Positions 39,985 to 49,672 of a stretch of 64,000 nucleotides of DNA are shown here, piece by piece. How positions within the stretch are numbered: position 1 is the stretch's first letter; every line of letters begins with the position of its first letter. The DNA lies in NCBI GenBank assembly GCA_049517415.1, contig JBEKSC010000003.1, forward strand, positions 1 to 64,000, read 5' to 3'. Origin of the DNA: Candidatus Bathyarchaeia archaeon. GTDB lineage: Archaea; Thermoproteota; Bathyarchaeia; 40CM-2-53-6. Both the position numbers and the translations under genes were made by a program. Below the pieces are notes generated by a model. The model worked only from the letters and a program-made list of their open reading frames with translations. It had not been told where the DNA came from and did not search any database.

Positions 39985-41211
39985 TTACCTGGCTGCTTCC
40001 AACGCTGTGACAAAGCCATCAATATCTTCAGCGCTGTTGAAGTAGTGTACGCATACCCTTGCCCACTTGTCTCTGTGGAAGGTCTTGAGAACGAGGGGAG
40101 AGGCGAAATTGCCAGCCTCGATGACTATCCCTTCTTTTGCCAGTTGACTTGAAATATTCTCTGATGCAACTTTGCTTTTATCGAAGGCTACGATTCCACC
40201 TCGAGTCGCGGATTCGGGGTCGCCGTACACCTCGATGCCATTTGCTTCCCGCAGTCTTTCAAGTAGGTAACTTGTAAGGTGCAGTATTCTGCTACGTATA
40301 TTGTCTATCCCACCGATTTCTTCAACGTAATCAAGAGCTCTATTCAGGGCAGCAACTGTCCCGAAGTTCAGTTCACCGGCCTCAAATCTCTCAGCAGTAC
40401 CGATATGCTTGTAACGACTGCGCGAAATCCATTTGGTTGTTGTCCAAGCGATATGTGAGGGCTCCATGCTACCCAGTAGCTCCTTTCTACAATAGAGGAT
40501 GCCCAGTCCCTGCGGCCCTCGAAGCCATTTCCTACATGGCGCCACCAAAAAGTCACAACCAAGATCTTTGACATCAACTCTAATCTGACCGATGGATTGG
40601 GATGCGTTGACGAGATAGAGCGCGTGGGTCTCTCGGATGAGTTTCCTAGCTTCTCTTAATGGCTGGAGGGTACCGAGCGAGTTTGAAATGTGCATCATAA
40701 CAACTAGTCGAGTCTTCTTGCTCAACGCGCGTTCTAGCGCCTGCAGGTTCACGTGACCGCTTCTACTTATGCCAATTACACGTACTCTGACGCCGAAATC
40801 TCGCTCAAGCCTTAGGAGGGGAACGAAGCCTGAAACGATTTCGAGAATGGACGTCACGACCTCGTCGCCCTTCTTCCACTTTATTCCGTTGATGACCTGC
40901 CCGATTGATTCTGAGCCGCCCTTAGTCAGTGCGACCTCGTTCGCCTGATCTGCGTTGATGAACTCGGCGACTTTTCTCTTCGTATCCTTGGTCGTCTCCG
41001 CTCCCTTCTCATAGAAGGCGGGGTTGACGAAACCGAGTTTGCCTACTTCATCCAGGTAATCTCTCGTTGCCTGTAGAACTGGAATGGGAGGCACTGAGCC
41101 TGCGGCGTGGTCGAGATAGATTACGCCGTTTGAGAAGGTGGCCGTATCCTTACGTGCTTTCGAGACATTGACGCTCACACCAAGCCCACCTGGCTCATTC
41201 TTCGTGGACAT
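39985..41211 (-). CDS. Class V PLP-dependent enzyme (desulfurase-like fold, no catalytic Cys)
   Basis: YLDHAA, HISNSLG, NASQSIGQ, CRKWLRGPQG, RVCVHYFN. Confidence 0.85.
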   Translation of the reverse strand: MSTKNEPGGLGVSVNVSKARKDTATFSNGVIYLDHAAGSVPPIPVLQATRDYLDEVGKLGFVNPAFYEKGAETTKDTKRKVAEFINADQANEVALTKGGSESIGQVINGIKWKKGDEVVTSILEIVSGFVPLLRLERDFGVRVRVIGISRSGHVNLQALERALSKKTRLVVMMHISNSLGTLQPLREARKLIRETHALYLVNASQSIGQIRVDVKDLGCDFLVAPCRKWLRGPQGLGILYCRKELLGSMEPSHIAWTTTKWISRSRYKHIGTAERFEAGELNFGTVAALNRALDYVEEIGGIDNIRSRILHLTSYLLERLREANGIEVYGDPESATRGGIVAFDKSKVASENISSQLAKEGIVIEAGNFASPLVLKTFHRDKWARVCVHYFNSAEDIDGFVTALEAAR

Positions 41212-41235
41212 CAGGTATGATGCTAGTTGCCTATC

Positions 41236-42906
41236 CTAACTGACTCCGTAGACCTTCTGAGCTTGCTCGGCGGTAATATACCCATTCAGTATGTCACGTT
41301 TCACCAGGGCATGGTCTCTGTCCCGGGGGTTACCCCAACCTCCCCCACCGCCGCTCCGAATACTTACTATGTCATTCTCCTTGAGCAGGAAGTTGGTGAT
41401 CCGGTTAACTCTCATCAACTCCTTCCCGTCCCGCAGTATCACTACGTAGTTTACTGTACCATCTCCTCCACCCATGGCTCCCCAAGGAGGAATTTTTCCC
41501 CTGTTGATCGAAGTCGTGAAGCTTGCATTATCGCATTGCATTCGGTAGTCCTTGATCATGCCGAACCCTCCTCGAAACTTTCCGTGTCCGCTACCATCTT
41601 CCACATTCAGCTTGAACCTGTCGACTACGAGCGGGTATCGTTTTTCTAGTACCTCGACTGGATTCGCAAACGTCTCGCCGTCCGCAAAAGAGACTAAGCA
41701 GCTTTCGCCGTCCTTGTCAGGGGCTGCACCCCATCCGCCAGGATTGGGTTCGACTAGTACGAAGTATTCTTTCGTTCTGGGGTCGATTCCAGCAATGATT
41801 TCTGCGCAGACTGAGAGAAAATGTCCGGCGGACAACTTATCCCCGATATGAGGCGCGAGAGCCTTCCAGACGAGATCAGCAGCCTGAGTCATCGTTTCCC
41901 AGTAGACTGATACGGGGGCTGGTCGCTTGGCGTTGAAGATCGTGTTCTCTGGAACAATTACCCTTAGTGGTTTCAGCAGCCCTTGATTGAAAGGCATGTG
42001 AGGATCGGTTATGGCCATATAGACGACCGCCACGGCTGCTAGGGTTGATGGATAGGTCGTGTTCAATGAAACCGGGAAGGCCTTGGGTGCGCCTGTAAAA
42101 TCTACTATGAATTCATTGTCCGTGATCGTGGTTGTCGCAAAGATTTTTAGTGGTTCCTTGCTCTCATAGCCTTCGTCCAAGTAGTCCTCGGCATAGAATT
42201 TGCCTTTCGGAAGCTCGGCTAGTCGGGCCATCGCCCTCTTTTCACCTTCAGCGAGAATGTTGCTCATCGCATCTCTGACTGATTCAACACCGTATTTGTG
42301 AATTAGTTCAGTTATCCTTCTCGTCCCAAGCCTAAGCGCTCCGGCAAGCGCTTCCAAATCTCCGTGAACAAAATCAGGGATTCTTGTATTCCCCAGAATC
42401 ATTCGGATTACGTCTCGGTTTGGTTTCCCCTTCTCGTAGTATTTCACAGGCGGTATGAAGAGGCCTTCTTGTAGGATTTCCTTATTGTCCGGGCCCCAGC
42501 TGCCCGGGTTCATCCCCCCTACATCATTCACGTGCCCCTTTGCGGTAGTGATCGCAATTATTTCTCCACGGTGGAAAATCGGTGAAGCCATTCCGATATC
42601 ATTCAGGTGCGTGCCTGTTATGTAGGGGTCATTGCAGACAATTATGTCGTCTGCGTAGAGTTTGTCATGTTTCTTGATTTCATCAACTGAATTCCTAGCG
42701 ATGGATTTCATGACACCTATCCAAAGAGGAAGGCCGATTGAAATTGCTAGAATGTCCCCCTCCTGATTCGTAATGGCAGTGGAGAAATCGAATGTTTCAT
42801 AGAAAATGGGGCTCTTTGACGTTCTAATCGCGAGCCAGAACATTTCATTTGCGATGCTATCGAAACCACTTTTTATGATCTCGATTGAGAAGGGATCCTT
42901 TCTCAC
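41236..42906 (-). CDS. Hydantoinase B/5-oxoprolinase subunit (second paralog)
   Basis: SPIFYETFDFS, GTHLND, KGHVNDVGG, SGGGGGWGNP. Confidence 0.92.
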   Translation of the reverse strand: MRKDPFSIEIIKSGFDSIANEMFWLAIRTSKSPIFYETFDFSTAITNQEGDILAISIGLPLWIGVMKSIARNSVDEIKKHDKLYADDIIVCNDPYITGTHLNDIGMASPIFHRGEIIAITTAKGHVNDVGGMNPGSWGPDNKEILQEGLFIPPVKYYEKGKPNRDVIRMILGNTRIPDFVHGDLEALAGALRLGTRRITELIHKYGVESVRDAMSNILAEGEKRAMARLAELPKGKFYAEDYLDEGYESKEPLKIFATTTITDNEFIVDFTGAPKAFPVSLNTTYPSTLAAVAVVYMAITDPHMPFNQGLLKPLRVIVPENTIFNAKRPAPVSVYWETMTQAADLVWKALAPHIGDKLSAGHFLSVCAEIIAGIDPRTKEYFVLVEPNPGGWGAAPDKDGESCLVSFADGETFANPVEVLEKRYPLVVDRFKLNVEDGSGHGKFRGGFGMIKDYRMQCDNASFTTSINRGKIPPWGAMGGGDGTVNYVVILRDGKELMRVNRITNFLLKENDIVSIRSGGGGGWGNPRDRDHALVKRDILNGYITAEQAQKVYGVS

Positions 42907-43121
42907 GGATCTGTTTCCCTCGTCTTTGTAAGAAGAGCGGTCGCCATTTATGCCTTTTCTAGATGTCGCGAATGTTTGCTCATTGAAAATCTCGCGGCGG
43001 ACGGGTCACACTTTACCTCCTCGTTCACAAGCGCCTAGACGGTTCGTCATGATTGCATGCAGCCAATGGCGCTCAGGAAGATTCGCTCAGCTCATTGCAG
43101 AGACAAGAGTGGAAAGCGGGA

Positions 43122-44162
43122 TTAGATCAGCAACCTGCCTCTTCTCATTATTGTCTTATCGTCTAGCGATAGCGTGGCAAGCGGCATTATGAAGTCTTGG
43201 TGCAGGTCTGTTTTGACGGATCCACCCATGTGAGAGTTGTCTCCTATCGCGACGTGAACTGTCCCTCGGATCTTTTCGGCTTCTAGAGTGTTGTCTGGCC
43301 GTTTCGCGTTCGGGTTAGTGCCGACCCCAAGCTCTGCATGATTTCTGCGTGAGAGATAGGGTTCCTCTTGCTTGCCGAATGACAATAGTTCTCTGTACCT
43401 GTCGCCCACTTGACCTCCACCGTCAACGCTGACGGCTTTCCCGTTCTTGAAGGTGAGTATCATGTTCTCCTTGAGATTAGGGAACCAATCCTTCTGAACG
43501 ACAACTCTACCGTTTGTTGTTCCTTCTACGGGAACACTGTATGCTTCGCCGGAGGGTAGGTTGCCCCATGCTCCCTTTTCGGTGAATATTCCCGTGTCTG
43601 ACATTCCCTTTCTATCCTTGAGACTGAAGGTAAGGTCTGTCCCCGCTTTGGTCTTGATTGTGGCCTCCTCAGCCTGTGTGATCAAGTCAGCTATCTTTTC
43701 CGTTTCTCGCGCGATCTTTCCATAATCTGCAGCCATCGGGCCTCCAGGGTAGAACATCTCAACCAGAAAATTCGGCATACTCGCTACCCGGGCTCCCGCA
43801 AGGTTTGCATGTTCCCGTGCGTCCGTGTGAGTAAGGGAGTAGGTAGTTATTGCTATCACCACATCAGCCGCTTTCATCTTCTCCTCGACCTCGGCCCCCG
43901 GGTAGGTGCCGGGTTTCCCAACTGATGGATACGCGAAAAATTCCACGCTTGATTTCGGGAAGGCCTGAGCACCTATCTCACTCACCATCTTAGCAAGGAT
44001 TGATCGGCGCACCGCTTCTGTAAGTTGCTCGCTGCCCTGGGTTCTCCATTCGTCTATGGTTCGAGCGTCCGTGACCACAAGAACTCGTTCTCCAGCTTTG
44101 AGTCCCATGTTCACTTTGAACATGTTCACAACGCCTTTCTCTATTTTCCTTCTCTCAATCAT
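43122..44162 (-). CDS. M29-family aminopeptidase-like protein, canonical-ligand subtype
   Basis: Highly similar to 20637-21677; same E/E/E/H/H/D-type motifs. Confidence 0.85.
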   Translation of the reverse strand: MIERRKIEKGVVNMFKVNMGLKAGERVLVVTDARTIDEWRTQGSEQLTEAVRRSILAKMVSEIGAQAFPKSSVEFFAYPSVGKPGTYPGAEVEEKMKAADVVIAITTYSLTHTDAREHANLAGARVASMPNFLVEMFYPGGPMAADYGKIARETEKIADLITQAEEATIKTKAGTDLTFSLKDRKGMSDTGIFTEKGAWGNLPSGEAYSVPVEGTTNGRVVVQKDWFPNLKENMILTFKNGKAVSVDGGGQVGDRYRELLSFGKQEEPYLSRRNHAELGVGTNPNAKRPDNTLEAEKIRGTVHVAIGDNSHMGGSVKTDLHQDFIMPLATLSLDDKTIMRRGRLLI

Positions 44163-44378
44163 ACCAGTCTTCCTCGGCACGGCGATACTACACCAGATAG
44201 GGAATAGGCTTTCTACATACACTGAATCTCAGACGCTTAAGTGCAAGCCTGCCCACTACGGCGACAAACCACGCTACCCACGAGCCCTTCGGCTATATAC
44301 TCGACAGTTCTAAATCGGGTTTCGTAAGTGTGCTAATTGTTAAATAGATAATTGAAGTCGCTATCACTGCGATAGATA

Positions 44379-45425
44379 ATGTCAGGATTCTATGAGTACG
44401 AGATCGGACGCTCAGCCGATATTTTATGTAGAGAGCTATTCAGGTTGAAACCAGGGGAAACACTTGCGATAACGGCAGACACCGAATCCGATATGCGGGT
44501 CGTCGAAGGAGTGGCCAGGGCGGCGTTTGCTGTTGGAGCCAAGCCTCTCGTGATGCGGGTCGCTTCTCCCTTGGGCGTGGGAAGAGCGGGTGATCCTATG
44601 CTACCTGTAAATGCTCTAGGAGCAGCCCTAAAGGAATCTGATGCATGGGTTGAATTCAACAACCAATGGCTTCTATACTCAACCCCCTACGAGATTGCAA
44701 TGAAGGGAAACAAGAATCTCAGACACCTTTGTCTTGTCGGCATGAGCCCCGACATGATGACTAGATGTCTCGGGAGAATTGACTACCCAACCCTGAAGGC
44801 GTACCAAGAGAAATTTGTAGACATGAACAAGAAGGGCAAGCACATCAAGCTCACAACGGAGGCCGGGACAAACGTTGAATTCGACATTGACCCCTCAAAG
44901 CCGTTCAGATGCCAGGTTGGCTACGCTGACACCCCGGGGTCCCATATGATGGCGGGTCAAATAGGATGGGCGCTAAGCTTTGAATCAATAAATGGAATCA
45001 TCGCATTCGATGGATCTATTGTCCCTCCGATTGGACTTGCAAGGGAACCCGTCAAACTACACGTGGAGAAAGGCAGGATCACGAGGATTGAAGGTGGCAA
45101 AGAAGCCCTTGAATATGAAAATTGGTTGAGAAGCTTCAATGACCCGAACATGTTCAGAATGGCCCACGTTTGTTACGGGTGCAATCCAGGTGCGAAGCTG
45201 ACAGGAAATATCCTCGAAGACGAACGAGTCTGGGGTTGCACTGAATGGGGAATCGGCTACGTAGGACCGCTGATAGCCCCTCCAGACGGTATTCCAGCCG
45301 CGTCTCACTCCGACGGCATCTGCCAAAACACTTCCATCTGGCTTGACGGCGTACAAGTCGCCGACAAAGGAAAGGTCGTGCACAAAGAGCTCATTGAACT
45401 AGCAAAGAAGCTCGGAAAGGCCTGA
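44379..45425 (+). CDS. M29-fold metalloenzyme, NicX-like subtype
   Basis: Highly similar to 18709-19755 (same 348-aa length). Confidence 0.8.
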   Translation: MSGFYEYEIGRSADILCRELFRLKPGETLAITADTESDMRVVEGVARAAFAVGAKPLVMRVASPLGVGRAGDPMLPVNALGAALKESDAWVEFNNQWLLYSTPYEIAMKGNKNLRHLCLVGMSPDMMTRCLGRIDYPTLKAYQEKFVDMNKKGKHIKLTTEAGTNVEFDIDPSKPFRCQVGYADTPGSHMMAGQIGWALSFESINGIIAFDGSIVPPIGLAREPVKLHVEKGRITRIEGGKEALEYENWLRSFNDPNMFRMAHVCYGCNPGAKLTGNILEDERVWGCTEWGIGYVGPLIAPPDGIPAASHSDGICQNTSIWLDGVQVADKGKVVHKELIELAKKLGKA

Positions 45426-45712
45426 ATCTTCATCGGGCAATCCTAGCCCTTTTTTCTCCCACGTTTTTCCTGTGCCGAACTACGATCGGTTCTTGGCTCG
45501 TTCTCGGCCGCCATGAGCTCACAAGGAATAAGATACACCTTCGACTTTAGGAGGACCAAACCGAGCACTGATTAAGTGCCCTTCGCGCTAAGAAATCAGG
45601 TCAGCTGCCAAGAAGAAAACTAAGTCAATGACAGTGGGGAAGTTACCGACGCCCCGTGCGTAGGGCAGAAGAGTACATATTCTACTGAAGCTACAGGAAA
45701 CGATGATCAAGT

Positions 45713-46459
45713 ATGCTTGTTGATGTTCACGCGCACCTTCATGGTGTCGAAGACATGGAAAGGACCCTGAGCGAAGCGTATCAGACTGGAGTCCGGAAGA
45801 TCATGGCTGTAAGCATGGACATGGAGTCGTACGAGAAGACCTGTGCGATCCAATCGGACCGAGTTAAGATCTATCCCGCGCTAGGTATTCACCCGTGGAG
45901 TGCGCCTTCACATCTGAATGAGCTTGAACAAGCATTACGTGAACTGAAGAACGTGCGGTACGTGGGTGAAATCGGCCTCGACCACGCATACTACAAGGAT
46001 CCTAAGGACCATGATGCCCAACTCAAAGTTTTCACGGCCTTCCTTGAAGCATGCAAGGGCACAGACAAGGTAGTCAACATTCATTCCGCAAGCGCAGAGG
46101 AGCAGATTCTCGAATTGCTCCAGACGTATGATGCGAAACACGTGAACATACACTGGTATGATGCTGCCGAACAAGGAACACCGCTAAAGCTCATTCCCAA
46201 AATGATCGACCTCGGATATTATGTTTCCATTACGCCTCTAGTGGCGACTTCCAAGACGGTGCAAGAACTTGCAAAAATGGTTCCGCTGGAGAACATACTC
46301 ACCGAAACGGACACTCACCCACTCGTGAAATATGACGGAGTCCAGTCAGCACCGAAGATGGTAAAGACATCTCTGGAAGGAATAGCCCGCGTAAAGAATT
46401 GCCCCATAAATGAAGTGGAGAACGCGGTGGCCCAGAACTTTGCACGCTTAGTGGGCTGA
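45713..46459 (+). CDS. TatD-family metal-dependent hydrolase
   Basis: DVHAH, GIHP, GEIGLD, ETD. Confidence 0.9.
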   Translation: MLVDVHAHLHGVEDMERTLSEAYQTGVRKIMAVSMDMESYEKTCAIQSDRVKIYPALGIHPWSAPSHLNELEQALRELKNVRYVGEIGLDHAYYKDPKDHDAQLKVFTAFLEACKGTDKVVNIHSASAEEQILELLQTYDAKHVNIHWYDAAEQGTPLKLIPKMIDLGYYVSITPLVATSKTVQELAKMVPLENILTETDTHPLVKYDGVQSAPKMVKTSLEGIARVKNCPINEVENAVAQNFARLVG

Positions 46460-46579
46460 CTTGCAAATAACACCTCGTTTGACGAGCCCTCTCTTCCATT
46501 GAGCTTCGAACGCGTGTCATGTTCTTTCGGCGAAATTGGAAATTGGACTCTACGAACTTGCTGAGGGGATAGCTCACTG

Positions 46580-47380
46580 CTACTGAGCGGTGTACCCTCC
46601 GTCCACCATTAGCACTGCTCCAGTAGTGAATGAAGCGTCGTCGGAGGCTAGGAACAAGACTGCCTTGGCAACTTCGTCCGGCTTGCCCAAACGATTCATT
46701 GGGTGCTTCTCAAGAAGCTGTTTCTTCAGGATCTTCGGATCGCCATAAGGCGTCATTAGGTGGTCATACCTGTCTGATGACACCCAGCTCGGCGGCGTGT
46801 CTATGGCTCCTGGTGCCACACAGTTCACTCGAATCTTATCCTTCACGTGATCGATCGCCAAGCATCGTGTGAGTTGAAGTGTCCCACCTCGGGAAGTGGC
46901 GTACGCTATGCAGGGAGGAAAGCCCGCGGCGAAACTATCAATAGAGCCTATGTTTACGATGGCGCCGCCCCCTGCTTTTTTCATTTCGGGGATAGCGTAC
47001 TTGGAGCAGAGGAAGGGCCCCCTTAAGTTGACGGCCATATGTCGGTCCCAATCCTCCTCGGTAACTTTGAGGACATTGCCAACAGATCCGATACCTGCGT
47101 TATTGAATAGTATGTCCAGTCTCCCAAATTTCTTAATTGTTTCCTGAACCATCCTCTGAACGTCTGCAGCAATTGATACATCGCCATGAACGTTTAATGC
47201 TTCGCCCCCAGCTTGCTCGATCAATCGAACGGTTTCTTCTCCGCTCTCCTTAACCACATCAAATACGACGACCTTGGCGCCCTCCTTGGAAAATAGTAGG
47301 GCAGTAGCTCGACCAATCCCGGATCCCGCTCCGGTGACTATGGCCACTTTTCCTTCGAGTTTCATAAGAATCAACGCCAC
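46580..47380 (-). CDS. Short-chain dehydrogenase/reductase
   Basis: TGAGSGIG, NNAG, YATSR (YxxxK with K>R), VDGG. Confidence 0.92.
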   Translation of the reverse strand: MALILMKLEGKVAIVTGAGSGIGRATALLFSKEGAKVVVFDVVKESGEETVRLIEQAGGEALNVHGDVSIAADVQRMVQETIKKFGRLDILFNNAGIGSVGNVLKVTEEDWDRHMAVNLRGPFLCSKYAIPEMKKAGGGAIVNIGSIDSFAAGFPPCIAYATSRGGTLQLTRCLAIDHVKDKIRVNCVAPGAIDTPPSWVSSDRYDHLMTPYGDPKILKKQLLEKHPMNRLGKPDEVAKAVLFLASDDASFTTGAVLMVDGGYTAQ

Positions 47381-47733
47381 CTAGTCGTCGTTGAAGACTA
47401 ATATAATTTGTCAGACTGGATTCAGCGTGAATTAGCTGTCCACATGTTTCAGTGATAAAGAAAGTCGGGCGACATGTTCAGGCCGAAGTCGCTATATTCA
47501 GTAATGTTTCGTAGGTAATCTATAAAACCACATGTTTTAGTTTCCAAAGCATGAACTCCCCGTGGTTTAGATGGACCTGCAAGAACGTGAATGTTCAGGA
47601 GAACGCTGCCCAAAGTGCGAAGTATGCGGAGCTTTGCCTTACCAGGCCTGTGCCCATTGCTCTCTCGAAATGATGAATACCTGTTTAAGCAATAGTTAGT
47701 TCATTAGCCTGTGCAATATTCTGAGGCTGTGTT

Positions 47734-49644
47734 TTGTCGAAGGCTGAGAGGTCTAGGCTTGTATACCCACCCGAATTGAAGCGGATGCTCACTCGAGCTC
47801 TAAACGACCCAGAAGGTTTCTGGGGGGAAGTTGCTTCCGAGCTTCACTGGTTCCAACGGTGGGACAAAGCCTTCAAGTGGGATTATCCGAATTTTTCATG
47901 GTTCAACGGCGGAGTCACAAACCTGGCCTACAACTGCCTAGAAAGAAACATTGAGCTGGGCAGAGGGAACAAACTTGCGATAATCTGGGAGAACGGGGAA
48001 GGCTTTCCAAGACGAACGTTCACGTACAGTGAACTTCTGACCGAAGTGAAGAAGTTTGCAGCAGCCCTGAAATCACTCGACGTCAAGCACGGCGACCGAG
48101 TCACAATCTACATGCCCATGGTCCCAGAGGCGGCAATAGCAATGCTTGCCTGCACCCGAATCGGGGCGATTCACTCCGTCGTTTTCGGGGGATTTGGATT
48201 TGGAGCGTTAGCGGACAGGATCGAGGACGCGGAATCAAGGCTCGTTGTTACTGCGGATGTGAGCTACAGGAGGGGGAGCGTTGTCAAACTCAAGGAAATT
48301 GTAGATGAAGCTCTCAAGTCACGCCAAAACAAAGTCGGAAAAATCGTCGTGTTGAAGCGTGGCGAAAAATCCCCACCGATGACGCCTGGAAGAGACCTGT
48401 TCTGGGACGAAGCGCTAGTGAAAGGCCGAGATGCTAGCGCTGAGGTTGAAAAGATGCGGACGGATGAACCCGCATTTATACTTCACACATCGGGAACCAT
48501 GGCCAAACCCAAGGGCACCGTTCAACCGCATGGTAGCTACCAAGTCTACGTTTACGCCATGGGCAAATGGGTCTATGATATGCGGGAGAACGATGTCTGG
48601 TGGTCGACGTCGGACATAGGTTGGATTGTGGGCCACAGCTACGTGGTCTACGGCCCTCTCCTCTTCGGCTGCACTACGATAATGTACGAAGGGCTTCCCG
48701 ACCATCCTACCCCTGACGTATGGTGGCAGCTCCTCGAGAGGAATAAAGTGAGTAAGCTTTGGATTTCCCCCACCGGGGTACGTGCCCTAATGAAATACGG
48801 CGACGAGTACCCCAAGAAGCACGACCTGAACTCGCTAAGGCTAGTGTTCTGTGCAGGTGAAGTTTTGAACCCACCCGCGTGGGAATGGCTCCAAAAGAAA
48901 GTTTTCCATGACAGGATTCCCGTCGTCGACCATATGTGGCAAACCGAAACAAGCGGCCCCATAGTCGGTAACCCGATCGGAATCTCACCTCTGCCAATAA
49001 AGCCAGGTTCAGCAACAATTCCTCTTCCTGGAATCGACGCGGACATCGTAGATGAAGAAGGAAAACCTGTGGCAGTGGGAGTTGAAGGAACCTTTGTCAT
49101 CAAGAGGCCATTTCCGGGTTTGACACCGACACTCTGGCGCGATCATGAGCGGTACGTTGAGAACTATTGGAACAGGTTCCCAGGCGTCTATACAAGCGGA
49201 GACGCAGCGTTGAAGGACGAGGACGGATACATCTGGTTCCTCGGTAGGGTAGACGAAGTAATCAAGATCTCAGCCCACAGAATTGGGACCATCGAGATTG
49301 AGAGCGCTTTACTACAACATCCAACCGTCGCGGAAGCAGCAGTTGTCGGCCGACCAGACGAACTGCGGGGAGAAACTGCTTGCGCATTTGTCGTTTTGAA
49401 AGGTGGAGTGGAACCGACCGACGACTTGAAGCAGGCGTTGAGAGAATCCGTGAGAAAGACAATGGGCCCAATCGTAATCATAAGCGACATACACTTTGTG
49501 AGCAAACTACCCAAAACGAGAAGTGGCAAAATAATGCGCAGGCTCATCAGGTCGATTCTAATGGACAAGCCACTCGGTGACTTTTCGACCATAGAGGATG
49601 ACAGTGCAATAGAAGAGCTAACTAGAACCGTACATAAACCGTGA
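47734..49644 (+). CDS. acs: Acetate/propionate-CoA ligase (AMP-forming)
   Basis: HSVVFGGF, TSGT..KPKG, DIGWIVGH, WQTET, PKTRSGKIMRR. Confidence 0.9.
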   Translation: MSKAERSRLVYPPELKRMLTRALNDPEGFWGEVASELHWFQRWDKAFKWDYPNFSWFNGGVTNLAYNCLERNIELGRGNKLAIIWENGEGFPRRTFTYSELLTEVKKFAAALKSLDVKHGDRVTIYMPMVPEAAIAMLACTRIGAIHSVVFGGFGFGALADRIEDAESRLVVTADVSYRRGSVVKLKEIVDEALKSRQNKVGKIVVLKRGEKSPPMTPGRDLFWDEALVKGRDASAEVEKMRTDEPAFILHTSGTMAKPKGTVQPHGSYQVYVYAMGKWVYDMRENDVWWSTSDIGWIVGHSYVVYGPLLFGCTTIMYEGLPDHPTPDVWWQLLERNKVSKLWISPTGVRALMKYGDEYPKKHDLNSLRLVFCAGEVLNPPAWEWLQKKVFHDRIPVVDHMWQTETSGPIVGNPIGISPLPIKPGSATIPLPGIDADIVDEEGKPVAVGVEGTFVIKRPFPGLTPTLWRDHERYVENYWNRFPGVYTSGDAALKDEDGYIWFLGRVDEVIKISAHRIGTIEIESALLQHPTVAEAAVVGRPDELRGETACAFVVLKGGVEPTDDLKQALRESVRKTMGPIVIISDIHFVSKLPKTRSGKIMRRLIRSILMDKPLGDFSTIEDDSAIEELTRTVHKP

Positions 49645-49672
49645 CGATTTCCTGACGATTAGTTCGAAGTAA

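Noticed and set aside
39985..41211. SufS/IscS cysteine desulfurase call
   Set aside because: Catalytic Cys loop absent
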